From Chloroflexi bacterium bin125 (lineage in GTDB: Bacteria > Chloroflexota > Dehalococcoidia > Bin125): a stretch of 64,000 nt of DNA. Positions 29,080 to 37,798 of this stretch are shown here, piece after piece. The stretch lies in NCBI GenBank assembly GCA_002239025.1, contig MPNM01000003.1:39959-103958 (forward strand), written 5' to 3'. Position numbers and translations under genes: made by a program. The first letter of the stretch is position 1, and every line of letters starts with the position of its first letter. A model generated the notes under the pieces. That model had not been told where the DNA came from. It ran no database searches and saw only the letters and a program-made list of their open reading frames with translations.

Positions 29080-30423
29080 ATGGCCTTGCCCGATGTAGCG
29101 CCGCCGCTCAATGCTCTGCAAGCTGACTTTGACGCGCTCAGCTTTGATGAGCGAACGCGCCTGTTAGGTGGGCTTTCCCCGGTTGACTCCCAGGGCCGAT
29201 ACCTGCCGTGGGATGAAGTGCGCTACCGCCAACCTCCGGCCGGACTGACCCGGCGCTTGTGGTGGCTGAGCCTGTCCAGCGCCCGTCGCGCCGCTCAGCG
29301 TGAGCTGCCTTTGCACGCGCGCGGTGCCAAACCCTTCTGGTTCTGTCAAACCGGACCGCTGCCCGGGTACCTCCGCCGCTGGGACGCGGATGTTTCGGCG
29401 TACGACGTTCACCGCGATCTGGGTCTGACTGATGCGGAACGCAGTCAGCTACGCATCAGCTCCGAAATGTTCGAGTCGATCCAATCCAGCCGCCTGGAGG
29501 GCGCTAACACGACCCGCGAGGTTGCAGTCGAGATGCTTCGCGACGGACGTGTGCCTCGCGACTACAGCGAACGCATGATCGTGAACAACTACGCCGCGAT
29601 GCAGTTGATATCGCAATGGTCGCAGGACAGCGAACCGTTCGACCGTGAGCACATTCTGGAACTGCATCGGGTCGTCACCGACGGCACGCTGCGCGACCAC
29701 GACGTTGGCCGGTTGCAGACGCCGGCTGATCCTCGCGTGTACGTCGTCAGTCGTGGCGGCGAGGTCGTGCACGAACCGCCGCCCGCCTCCGAGTTACCTG
29801 AGCGAATCCGGCGACTCTGCGAGTTCGAAAACGAACGCACCGACTCGACCGACCCGCACCCGTTGATTCGAGCCATCCTGGTGCACTTCATGATCGGCTA
29901 CGACCACCCGTTCGCCGATGGCAACGGCCGGACAGCGCGGGCCCTGTTCTATTGGTCGCTGTTGCGATCGGGCCTGTGGCTAGCGCCATTCCTGCCGATC
30001 TCGCAGTTCTTGCTGACCGCGCCGGGACAATACTCGCGCGCATATCAGTATGTGCATGCCGACGGGAATGACGTGACATATTTCCTGCTGCACCAGTTGC
30101 AGGTGATCGAACGCGCCCGCCACCAACTCAACGATCATGTTTCCGGCATGCGGTCCTGGATGGTCCGAGCGCAACGAGTCACCGATGGCGAAGCAGGGCT
30201 GAATCAACGGCAGACCGACCTGCTGGCGGAGTTGTTGCCAGATCCCGACCGTTACATCACGATCGCCCGCCACCGGCGCGTCAACGGAGTGAGCTATGCC
30301 GTCGCCCATGGCGATCTGAATGATCTCGTCGAACGCGGGCTGCTCACGCGTGAGCGGATGGGCCGACGGCTGCAGTTCCGACCGGTGCCGGATCTCCAGG
30401 AACGACTGGATCCTGTCACATAG
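29080..30423 (+). CDS. Fic family protein with C-terminal wHTH
   Basis: HPFADGNGRTAR; SSRLEG inhibitory motif; C-terminal LNQRQ...A..DL..LV..GLL. Confidence 0.92.
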   Translation: MALPDVAPPLNALQADFDALSFDERTRLLGGLSPVDSQGRYLPWDEVRYRQPPAGLTRRLWWLSLSSARRAAQRELPLHARGAKPFWFCQTGPLPGYLRRWDADVSAYDVHRDLGLTDAERSQLRISSEMFESIQSSRLEGANTTREVAVEMLRDGRVPRDYSERMIVNNYAAMQLISQWSQDSEPFDREHILELHRVVTDGTLRDHDVGRLQTPADPRVYVVSRGGEVVHEPPPASELPERIRRLCEFENERTDSTDPHPLIRAILVHFMIGYDHPFADGNGRTARALFYWSLLRSGLWLAPFLPISQFLLTAPGQYSRAYQYVHADGNDVTYFLLHQLQVIERARHQLNDHVSGMRSWMVRAQRVTDGEAGLNQRQTDLLAELLPDPDRYITIARHRRVNGVSYAVAHGDLNDLVERGLLTRERMGRRLQFRPVPDLQERLDPVT

Positions 30424-30614
30424 CCCACCCCTCCGCAGTCCGCTGCGAGCTATGCTAATATCAGAACAAACGAGCGCATGAATGCGGAAGTCGATGCCGG
30501 TCCCTTGTCCAACCAACGAAGCCGCTTCCGCCGAACCCCGCGCCAACCTGGCCGACCGAGCGCAACTGCGCCAAACCCCATCGAACGGATCCGAACAAAC
30601 CCGAACAGAATGCG

Positions 30615-30670
30615 CTGAACCAGACTGAAGAAACCTGAAGAAACCTGAAGAAACCTGAAGAAACCTGAAA
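30615..30670 (+). repeat. 10-bp tandem repeat (CTGAAGAAAC)x4 with degenerate flanking copies
   Basis: Perfect copies at 30625-30664. Confidence 0.9.
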
Positions 30671-30875
30671 GACCTGTGACACGATCCCCAGTGCTGCACA
30701 GGAGATCGTGCCCGCAGAGGCCCCGGAAAAAATTAATCCTGAAAACCTGAAGGCTGAAAAACAAACACCTCGACCGAACAGGGAAACCCAGCGCGAGAGT
30801 CGACCAAGCCCGTTCCACGCCCACTTATGTGATCCGGCCGAAGGCGGGTAGTCTGCGGAGGTGAAGGAGTGAACG

Positions 30876-31751
30876 ATGGCGTCCAAAGAAGAAGTAGGAC
30901 TCCCAGGGTACCGGGAACTCCGTTGTCGCACTCTCGAAGTAATCCGCGACTTGACAATGCCGACGAGTAATGCCGACATAGACATGGCAGTGGCCGACGC
31001 ATTTTCCTTGACCGCAGAGCAGCGATCACTTCCGCATGGCGAAGGATCACAGACTGAACTGGCCTATCGGACTGCCTGGGCCAGAAGCGGACTTGTAGCG
31101 GCGGGCGCTATAGAAAACGTCAGCAAAGCACTGTGGAGGCTGACACCAGCCGGTTTGACATTGACTTGTTCTGAGATAGAGCAAGCCCGCGCGGAGTACT
31201 TGGAGAGACTTAAGGCGGACAAGGATTCTGGTACAGCGATTCAAGATTCGACTGATGACGAAGAAGAGGCGCGCTCGTGGCAAGATGAGCTGATAGACCA
31301 CCTCGTCAGAGTTTCGCCAAAGGGTTTTGAGCATCTTGCTGCAGCCCTGCTGAGGGCAGCAGGATTCGACGACGTTGAAGTAACCGGGCGATCAAGCGAT
31401 GGAGGCATCGATGGCATTGGAACGTATCACCCATCCGGTCTGATCTCATTTCACACTGCCTTTCAGTGCAAGCGATACAAGAGTGTCGTGGGTGCGCCCA
31501 CTGTTCGCGATTTTCGAGGATCCTTTATCGGTCGGTCCGACCGGGGAATCGTCATCACAACAGGAACGTTCACGCGCGAAGCGAGGGAAGAGGCAGCACG
31601 GCCGGGCGCGAATCCCGTGGATCTGATCGATGGAGCCGCTCTTTGCCAGCTCCTCAAGGAACATTCCCTCGGAGTTCGCACTACCCAACGTCTTGTAGAG
31701 GACGTAACCGTCGATGAGGACTACTTCAGACAGTTCAAGGAACCAACATGA
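30876..31751 (+). CDS. mrr: Mrr-family type IV restriction endonuclease
   Basis: Mrr_N (YRTAWARS.L) plus Mrr_cat DGGIDG...FQCKRY...ITTG.FT...LIDG; AAGGAG SD. Confidence 0.92.
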   Translation: MASKEEVGLPGYRELRCRTLEVIRDLTMPTSNADIDMAVADAFSLTAEQRSLPHGEGSQTELAYRTAWARSGLVAAGAIENVSKALWRLTPAGLTLTCSEIEQARAEYLERLKADKDSGTAIQDSTDDEEEARSWQDELIDHLVRVSPKGFEHLAAALLRAAGFDDVEVTGRSSDGGIDGIGTYHPSGLISFHTAFQCKRYKSVVGAPTVRDFRGSFIGRSDRGIVITTGTFTREAREEAARPGANPVDLIDGAALCQLLKEHSLGVRTTQRLVEDVTVDEDYFRQFKEPT

Positions 31752-32509
31752 ACCAGATGCGTGGTGTTCTTCTCGATGTCCTCGTTGCCTTGATCATTTT
31801 GATGGCTGGTGGGGCGATCTTTGCTCGCATTGCTGGCGTCGAGGAAGGTGAGTCGGCGCCGGCCTGGGTTCAATTTGCTCCGCTCGTGCTGGCGATGCTC
31901 TTTCTTGGTTGGCGCACGATTCGGCGCAACCGGCTGCGACGCGAGGCTGAGGCTCAGGCCGAGGAAGACCCACTGACCGACCACCGCGAACTCGAACGCG
32001 TCGAAGACCCGCCCATGGACGACTACCAATGGCGCTCGCGGCTGGAGTCTTCGATCCGCAACCTGGGTCGCGACGCCTTTGAACAGTTCACCAGGCGCAT
32101 TCTGCACGCGATGCAAATCGTCGATCTCGAGGTGGTTCGAGTCGCGTTCGATGGGGCAATCGAGTGCGTGGGCGTCCAGGACGATGAGGAACGCGCCAGC
32201 GTCTATGTGATCTGTCGCCGCTCGTTCGGCGCGCTCGGCGCCAACCAGGTGCGCGAGATGAAGACCCTGATGGCCGACAAAGCCACAGAAGGTCTGTTCA
32301 TCACGAATGGCGAGTTCTCTTCCTCGGCCATCGACGAGGCCGACGAAGGCGACGAACCGATCGAACTGGTCGATGGCGATGACTTGCTCGATCTGATGCA
32401 TACGCACCGGCTCGGTTTGATCTTTGACGAGATTGGCCGGGTCACTGCGATCGACGATGAATGGTTCCAGGACCTGGAACGCGACCACCGAATTGCAGAT
32501 GGAGACTGA
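31748..32509 (+). CDS. Membrane-anchored Mrr_cat paralogue with degenerate active site
   Basis: Two N-terminal TM helices; AFE..., DGAIE, ICRR, FITNGEFS, LVDG; ATGA overlap with mrr. Confidence 0.8.
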   Translation: MNQMRGVLLDVLVALIILMAGGAIFARIAGVEEGESAPAWVQFAPLVLAMLFLGWRTIRRNRLRREAEAQAEEDPLTDHRELERVEDPPMDDYQWRSRLESSIRNLGRDAFEQFTRRILHAMQIVDLEVVRVAFDGAIECVGVQDDEERASVYVICRRSFGALGANQVREMKTLMADKATEGLFITNGEFSSSAIDEADEGDEPIELVDGDDLLDLMHTHRLGLIFDEIGRVTAIDDEWFQDLERDHRIADGD

Positions 32510-32511
32510 AC

Positions 32512-33627
32512 ATGGCCGCTGAAGCAACGAGTGAGGCGACCGTTGGAGTCCTGCCTGGCGATGACGCCGCACCGGAGGCTGTTCATGCCTCAATGGCGGT
32601 GCTGCAGGCGATGGAACTGCCGATCGCATTTGAGGTATTGCCCGACGGCGTAGACCTGACCCGCGAGATGTCTCGCGAAGAAGGCGAGAAGCTGGTCATC
32701 GACACCGCCGAGCGATGCGACACTGTGCTCTTCGGCTCGACCAGTGGGCAGACGCCAGGTGTCGGCTACTTCCGCTGGGGCAAGCAGACCTTTGCCAACG
32801 TCCGGCCGATTAAGTGGCGACCGGGATTTCGCTCGCCGATGGCGCAACCTGAAGGCATCGACTACATCATCGTCCGTGAGAATCTTGAAGACCTCTACGC
32901 AGGCATTGAAGGTGACCTGTCCGAGGTCGCAGCCTCGGGCCTGGCCGACCGCCCTCGATTCGGTGGCGTATCGCGGACTCAGGTGCCCGGCGGGTTTGGA
33001 CACTTCGCCGAGGCTGAGGGTCGCTATGCGATCAAGTACTTCACGCGCGCTAACGTCGAGCGGGTGGCGCACTTCGCCTGCCGCCTGACTCAACAGCGCA
33101 AGGCCGAAGGTTACGCAGGCAAGCTGACCTGCTCGGCCAAGACCAACGTCCTGGCCAAGACTGACGGTTGGTTCGTCGAGATCGCGGCCGAGGTCGCCTC
33201 GGGCTATCCCGACATTGAGTTTGAGTCATTCATCGCCGACGACTTCGCCCGGCGGCTCGTGGCCTCGCCGCACGACCTCGATGTCGTGCTACTGCCCAAC
33301 CTGTACGGCGACATCTTCTCGGACGAGGGGGCCGGCACCATCGGTGGCCTGGGCCTGGCGCCGTCCGGATGCTTCGGTGAGGATTGGGCCTACTTCGAGT
33401 CCGTCCACGGCACCGCCCCTGATATCGCCGGGATGCACCGGATCAATCCCACCGCAACGATGCTCTCGGCAGTGATGATGTTGCACCATCTCGGACTGCA
33501 CGACCAGGCGTCAGGCCTGGAACGCGCGATTGATGCTGTGTACGAAGCGGGAGAACGGCTGACACCGGACCAGGGTGGTTCGGCAACCACCGAGGACTTT
33601 GCTCAAGCCGTGATCGACGCACTGTAG
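32512..33627 (+). CDS. Isocitrate/isopropylmalate dehydrogenase family
   Basis: RENLEDLY, NLYGDIFSD, FESVHGTAPDIAG, INPTA. Confidence 0.93.
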   Translation: MAAEATSEATVGVLPGDDAAPEAVHASMAVLQAMELPIAFEVLPDGVDLTREMSREEGEKLVIDTAERCDTVLFGSTSGQTPGVGYFRWGKQTFANVRPIKWRPGFRSPMAQPEGIDYIIVRENLEDLYAGIEGDLSEVAASGLADRPRFGGVSRTQVPGGFGHFAEAEGRYAIKYFTRANVERVAHFACRLTQQRKAEGYAGKLTCSAKTNVLAKTDGWFVEIAAEVASGYPDIEFESFIADDFARRLVASPHDLDVVLLPNLYGDIFSDEGAGTIGGLGLAPSGCFGEDWAYFESVHGTAPDIAGMHRINPTATMLSAVMMLHHLGLHDQASGLERAIDAVYEAGERLTPDQGGSATTEDFAQAVIDAL

Positions 33628-33640
33628 TCAGGCACTGAGG

Positions 33641-33745
33641 GCTCCCCCCTCTGGGGGAGCTGTCGCGGAGCGACTGAGAGGGCCGCCGCCGACTGCCGAC
33701 GAAGTCACAGCGGAGGGCCTTCGCGGCACCTCCCGCGCTGGGGAT
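33641..33745. repeat. Family A palindromic doublet (right arm degenerate)
   Basis: GCTCCCCCCTCTGGGGGAGCTGTCGCGGAGCGACTGAGAG. Confidence 0.8.
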
Positions 33746-33882
33746 GGTCGAAGACGTGGCGGGAGCGCATGGGAGTCGAACCCACCCGAGACGGTGCGGA
33801 CCGCCCCGCATCAGTGTTGAAGACTGTGGAGGACACCGGTCCCCTTCCGCTCCCGTGAAGCTGAGGTTAGCCCACCATTGTC

Positions 33883-34839
33883 TCAGTCGAGGATTTCAAT
33901 CAAATGTGGACGAAACACTTGATCGAAACTCAGAACAGTACGGATCATCCACTCTCGGATCTCGGCGAGGGATTCGTCGTCGTCGTCGATTGTCCCTTCA
34001 CGACGAACCCCGATTTCGGACGCCTTGGCGTGGTCCATTCGGTTCCACGTCAGAGGCTGACCAAGCTCTGCTTCGATTTCAGATTTGCGTTCATGAAGGG
34101 CATCGTATGTCCTCTCGTTGTCATCTTTATCACCGCGATCAAGACGGATAGAAACTGAAGCAACGTTCCCCCGCTGGAATGACACACCGAATGGCAACCC
34201 GGAAAAGCCGCTACCGAAATGCATCCAATTCTGTGGCTGTCCTTTCTTTGCTCGAGTGAAGTCATGGGTGTCCCGCAACTGGTCAACAAGCGGCTGCCAA
34301 AAGTCGCGGTATCGACTCCTCTTGACAGACAATGTCTCGCTTCCGCTTGACGTAGACTCGTGTGCCCCTTGTTTCTCCCAGTCATTGGGCAAGGCCACCA
34401 CATTGAATCGGGCCGCTGGAGGTGAGTCCTTAATGCGCCAGGCCTCGACGGCGATACCGAAGAAGGCAGTGTCTTCGCCAGTACGTCTGTTTAGCCAATC
34501 GATCGCGGCCCGATGCTCGGGGCGAAACTCTTTGACAATCCAGACAAGGATGTGAGCATCGTACCCCGCCGCATATGTCAGCAATTTGCCCAAGTGATCA
34601 TGATCGGTTCCTTCGAGTTGATTCTCAATCACTACGGGCCGATCGCTCGCAAGATCGTGCGCCAAGATGTCCAGAGAAAAGGTGCCAACTTCTGCTTCGC
34701 TGGTCTTGACTTCAAGGTCGAGGCCTAGAACGTCGCTTAGCTCCTCGATGTTGTCAGCCAACCAAGGAGTAAAATTGCTCGCTTCGTGCTTCCAGACTTC
34801 ACGCAGGTCAACTGCCTCCAGCTTGCTCAACTCCACCAT
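33883..34839 (-). CDS. DUF4268 domain protein with N-terminal PD-(D/E)XK-like domain
   Basis: LREVWKHEA..FTPWL, IENQL..TDHDHLGKLLTYAAG. Confidence 0.88.
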   Translation of the reverse strand: MVELSKLEAVDLREVWKHEASNFTPWLADNIEELSDVLGLDLEVKTSEAEVGTFSLDILAHDLASDRPVVIENQLEGTDHDHLGKLLTYAAGYDAHILVWIVKEFRPEHRAAIDWLNRRTGEDTAFFGIAVEAWRIKDSPPAARFNVVALPNDWEKQGAHESTSSGSETLSVKRSRYRDFWQPLVDQLRDTHDFTRAKKGQPQNWMHFGSGFSGLPFGVSFQRGNVASVSIRLDRGDKDDNERTYDALHERKSEIEAELGQPLTWNRMDHAKASEIGVRREGTIDDDDESLAEIREWMIRTVLSFDQVFRPHLIEILD

Positions 34840-34885
34840 TGCCTTTCCCGCCTCCTTGCCTCTTATCTGTATCGGGATTCAGAGG

Positions 34886-35575
34886 TTAACCCACGTACAG
34901 ATCGACCGATGCTGGCGTCACTGATGCCTCAAGTTGCGCCCGGAAGGTACCCCATTCGTCCCCGTGGCGAGAGCTTCTGAAGTTGGCGTGGAGGCTGGCG
35001 GTTCCTCCGCTCTGGGTCATGGATGCAGTCTTGAAGCCGCGCAGATTTGTCCTGAGGAACTGCAAGAGCGCAGCCTCATGCTCGGTGTAATCCGAGGCCG
35101 GCATCGTGATGATCAGGTCTCGACTTCCTGCTCCTAGCCCTCCCAGTCCGGTGCCCGAGAAGATGCGCTGCCCGACGAGCACCAACGCGACCGCAGCGAA
35201 GAGGATGCCGATCAGTTCGTAGTTGTAGGTCGCCGCGCCGATCGATGATGCGATTACGACGAGCAGGTAACCAATCTCGGCCGGGTCTTTGATCGGTGTG
35301 CGAAATCGGACGAATGAGAGCGCCCCCAGCAATCCCAGTGAGAGCGGCAGCGACCATTGAATGGCGATGAAGAGCAGTGTGATCGCAGGTCCGGCGAGCA
35401 GGAACACGCGATGAATCCCAGCTCCGCGCTGCCAGTCTCTGTAGAAGATGAGATACAACGCGTAGGTGGCGATCGAGGCCGCCAGGGACACGATCATGGC
35501 GAGCAGATATTCCTCGAGCGCGATCTCAGAGGTTGGGCCAAGAATCTCGGGCCACTCGATCAGGACGAAGGGCAT
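34886..35575 (-). CDS. DUF4956 membrane protein
   Basis: LSLGLLGALSFVRFRTPIKDP signature. Confidence 0.9.
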   Translation of the reverse strand: MPFVLIEWPEILGPTSEIALEEYLLAMIVSLAASIATYALYLIFYRDWQRGAGIHRVFLLAGPAITLLFIAIQWSLPLSLGLLGALSFVRFRTPIKDPAEIGYLLVVIASSIGAATYNYELIGILFAAVALVLVGQRIFSGTGLGGLGAGSRDLIITMPASDYTEHEAALLQFLRTNLRGFKTASMTQSGGTASLHANFRSSRHGDEWGTFRAQLEASVTPASVDLYVG

Positions 35576-35602
35576 GGGCAGCTCCTGGCGCGGGCGTTCC
35601 GG

Positions 35603-36346
35603 CTATCTGATGAAGGTGCGATCGCCGCCGTAGAGCAGTTCGATGGCGAGCGCGTACTTGGAGTGTGCTGACCGGCGTAGGCCGAGCTTACCCAGATGAG
35701 CGACGTGCAAGGGAAGCTCGCCGCTGGTCTTGAGCTCCAGCACGGAGCCGTTGGGGACCGGCAACCAGACCGGAGCGCCTCGGGGACTCGCCGCTCGAAC
35801 CTGCGTATCCAACGAAGCGCGCAGCAGACCGTCGGGCGATTGCCAGCGAATCCGTCGGTAACGAATGAAAGCGACCGGCTCGACGGTCGGGTCGATGGAG
35901 GATGCCGCGGCTTCGCTCGTGTCACGCAGCAAGCGAGTGAGCTCAGGCCGGTCGGGCAGCACCAGACCGAATTGATTGGCGATGCCTGAAATTGGATGGC
36001 GGGCACGCAACTTCTGAGTTCGCGCGCCGGCGCGTGACTTGAGCTCGATCCAGACGCCGGCGTACGGGTCGACTGGGTCGCCGTACCAGCGCAACCGGAG
36101 CTTCTGCTTGTCAAACTCGCCGTCTACCGACTCCTGGTAGGCGTCAAGCTGCGCCGTGTCGTAGTAGCAGCTAGTAATCACGCCGAGGGGATATTGCGGG
36201 TCGCGCGGCAGCCGAGCATCGAGCCAGGCGGTCAGCAGCGCCGCTCGGGCGTCCGGCAGCGGGTACTTTCGCTCTTCGCGAGATCCGCCCGGTCCGGACG
36301 GCGCGGTGCTCATCCGTCCGGTCGGTCTGGGCAACGTCACAGCCAT
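35603..36346 (-). CDS. VTC (polyphosphate polymerase-like, CYTH) domain protein
   Basis: REERKY, S.YYDT, KLRLRWY, IELK, VLELK, SKY. Confidence 0.88.
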   Translation of the reverse strand: MAVTLPRPTGRMSTAPSGPGGSREERKYPLPDARAALLTAWLDARLPRDPQYPLGVITSCYYDTAQLDAYQESVDGEFDKQKLRLRWYGDPVDPYAGVWIELKSRAGARTQKLRARHPISGIANQFGLVLPDRPELTRLLRDTSEAAASSIDPTVEPVAFIRYRRIRWQSPDGLLRASLDTQVRAASPRGAPVWLPVPNGSVLELKTSGELPLHVAHLGKLGLRRSAHSKYALAIELLYGGDRTFIR

Positions 36347-36397
36347 TCCGGTAGGCTAACTCCTTGTTAACGTCAGGCACCGGGATCGGACAGTCGG

Positions 36398-37798
36398 ATG
36401 AATCGCGGCACGGCATTGTCACTGGCAGTGGCAGTCGCAGTGATCGTCGGCGCGGTGATGTTTGCGCTCATTGGCGAAGCACAACCGGCGAGAGTGCCGT
36501 CGAACGCTGCCGAATCGACGATTGGCGTCGATCAGCAGCGCAGCGACCCGTTCGACATCGTCTTCGACATCGGGACTGTGCGTACCTACAACATCGTCAT
36601 CTCCGAAGCATCGCTGGCCCGACTAAAAGCCAATCCGACCGCCGAACAGTATGTCGAGGCGGCTGTCGAAATCGACGGTCAACGCTACGAGCCGGTCGGC
36701 GTTCGCTACAAGGGGTTCTTTGGCGTCTTGCGATTCTGCTTCCAGAATGGCCGCCAGGTCTGTCCCAAGTTGTCGTGGAAACTGAAGTTGAATCACTATG
36801 AACCGAGTCTCCGCTATCACGGCCTGAAACGTCTCAACTTTCACTCGATGAACAGCGACGAGTCGCAGATGCGCGAGATCCTCAGCTACCAGGTCTTCCG
36901 CGACTCGGGCACAGCGGCCCCGCGTTCGGTCTATGCCGAGTTGCAACTGAATGGCGAGCCGTTGGGTCTGTTCACCCTGACCGAGGACATCGACGACCGG
37001 TTCATCGCCAATCGCTTCCGCGATCGCGGTCGCGGCGTGCTGTTCAAGGAGATCTGGCCGGGCAACATCGACAATCTATGGGTCTTCCAGGAGACCCTCA
37101 CCGACGCGGTCGTACGAGGTCCACGTGATACGTCGCAAATTGAAGCGTTCGCTGAAGCGCTGGAGACGGCGGAGTCGGAGGAGGACTTCTACGAAGCCCT
37201 GCTGAACAACTTGCATGACGACCAGGACATCTTCAACTATCTCGCGGCTGATCGGTTAACCGACAACTGGGACGGCATCGTGGCCTGGTATTGCGTGCCG
37301 GTCTGCGGGAATCACAACTACTTCTGGTACCAGGACGCGTTGTCGGGTGGATTCACGTTGATTCCCTGGGATGTCGAGCACACCTGGCGCTCGCCCAGTC
37401 CGATTCGCACGGCGTACCAGATGCCGGATTGGGATGAGCTGGATCGGACCTGCCGGATACGCAAGGTGTTCTTTGACATCGACGCTCGCGCACCACATTG
37501 CGATCCGACCATGTACGCCCTGGTGACGAAGGGTTGGGAACGCTATATCGAAGCATCCCGCGAACTGTTGCGCGAGACGATCTCGCTGGAGTTGATGCAC
37601 GAACGCGTGGACGCGCTGGCGGACATGATCGACGAGCACATTCAGGCCGACACCAAGGGTCCGGGTTACGCCGCATGGCGACAGGCTGTGGACCGATTGC
37701 ACGACGAGATTGCTGATCGCTGGCAGTACATTGAGGCGAAAATCGACGCGTGGGACGCGAACGCGGAAGCGAGCCGGAGGGAGCCATCCGATGGTTGA
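36398..37798 (+). CDS. cotH: CotH-family secreted kinase
   Basis: Signal/anchor helix; VGVRYKG, MRE.LSY, APRS, NWDG, HNYFWY, IPWD.E. Confidence 0.88.
   Translation: MNRGTALSLAVAVAVIVGAVMFALIGEAQPARVPSNAAESTIGVDQQRSDPFDIVFDIGTVRTYNIVISEASLARLKANPTAEQYVEAAVEIDGQRYEPVGVRYKGFFGVLRFCFQNGRQVCPKLSWKLKLNHYEPSLRYHGLKRLNFHSMNSDESQMREILSYQVFRDSGTAAPRSVYAELQLNGEPLGLFTLTEDIDDRFIANRFRDRGRGVLFKEIWPGNIDNLWVFQETLTDAVVRGPRDTSQIEAFAEALETAESEEDFYEALLNNLHDDQDIFNYLAADRLTDNWDGIVAWYCVPVCGNHNYFWYQDALSGGFTLIPWDVEHTWRSPSPIRTAYQMPDWDELDRTCRIRKVFFDIDARAPHCDPTMYALVTKGWERYIEASRELLRETISLELMHERVDALADMIDEHIQADTKGPGYAAWRQAVDRLHDEIADRWQYIEAKIDAWDANAEASRREPSDG

Noticed and set aside
29980-30985. Minus-strand ORFs with FRFLQVSSG repeats
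   Set aside because: Translations of the 10-bp tandem repeat in several frames; they overlap real genes
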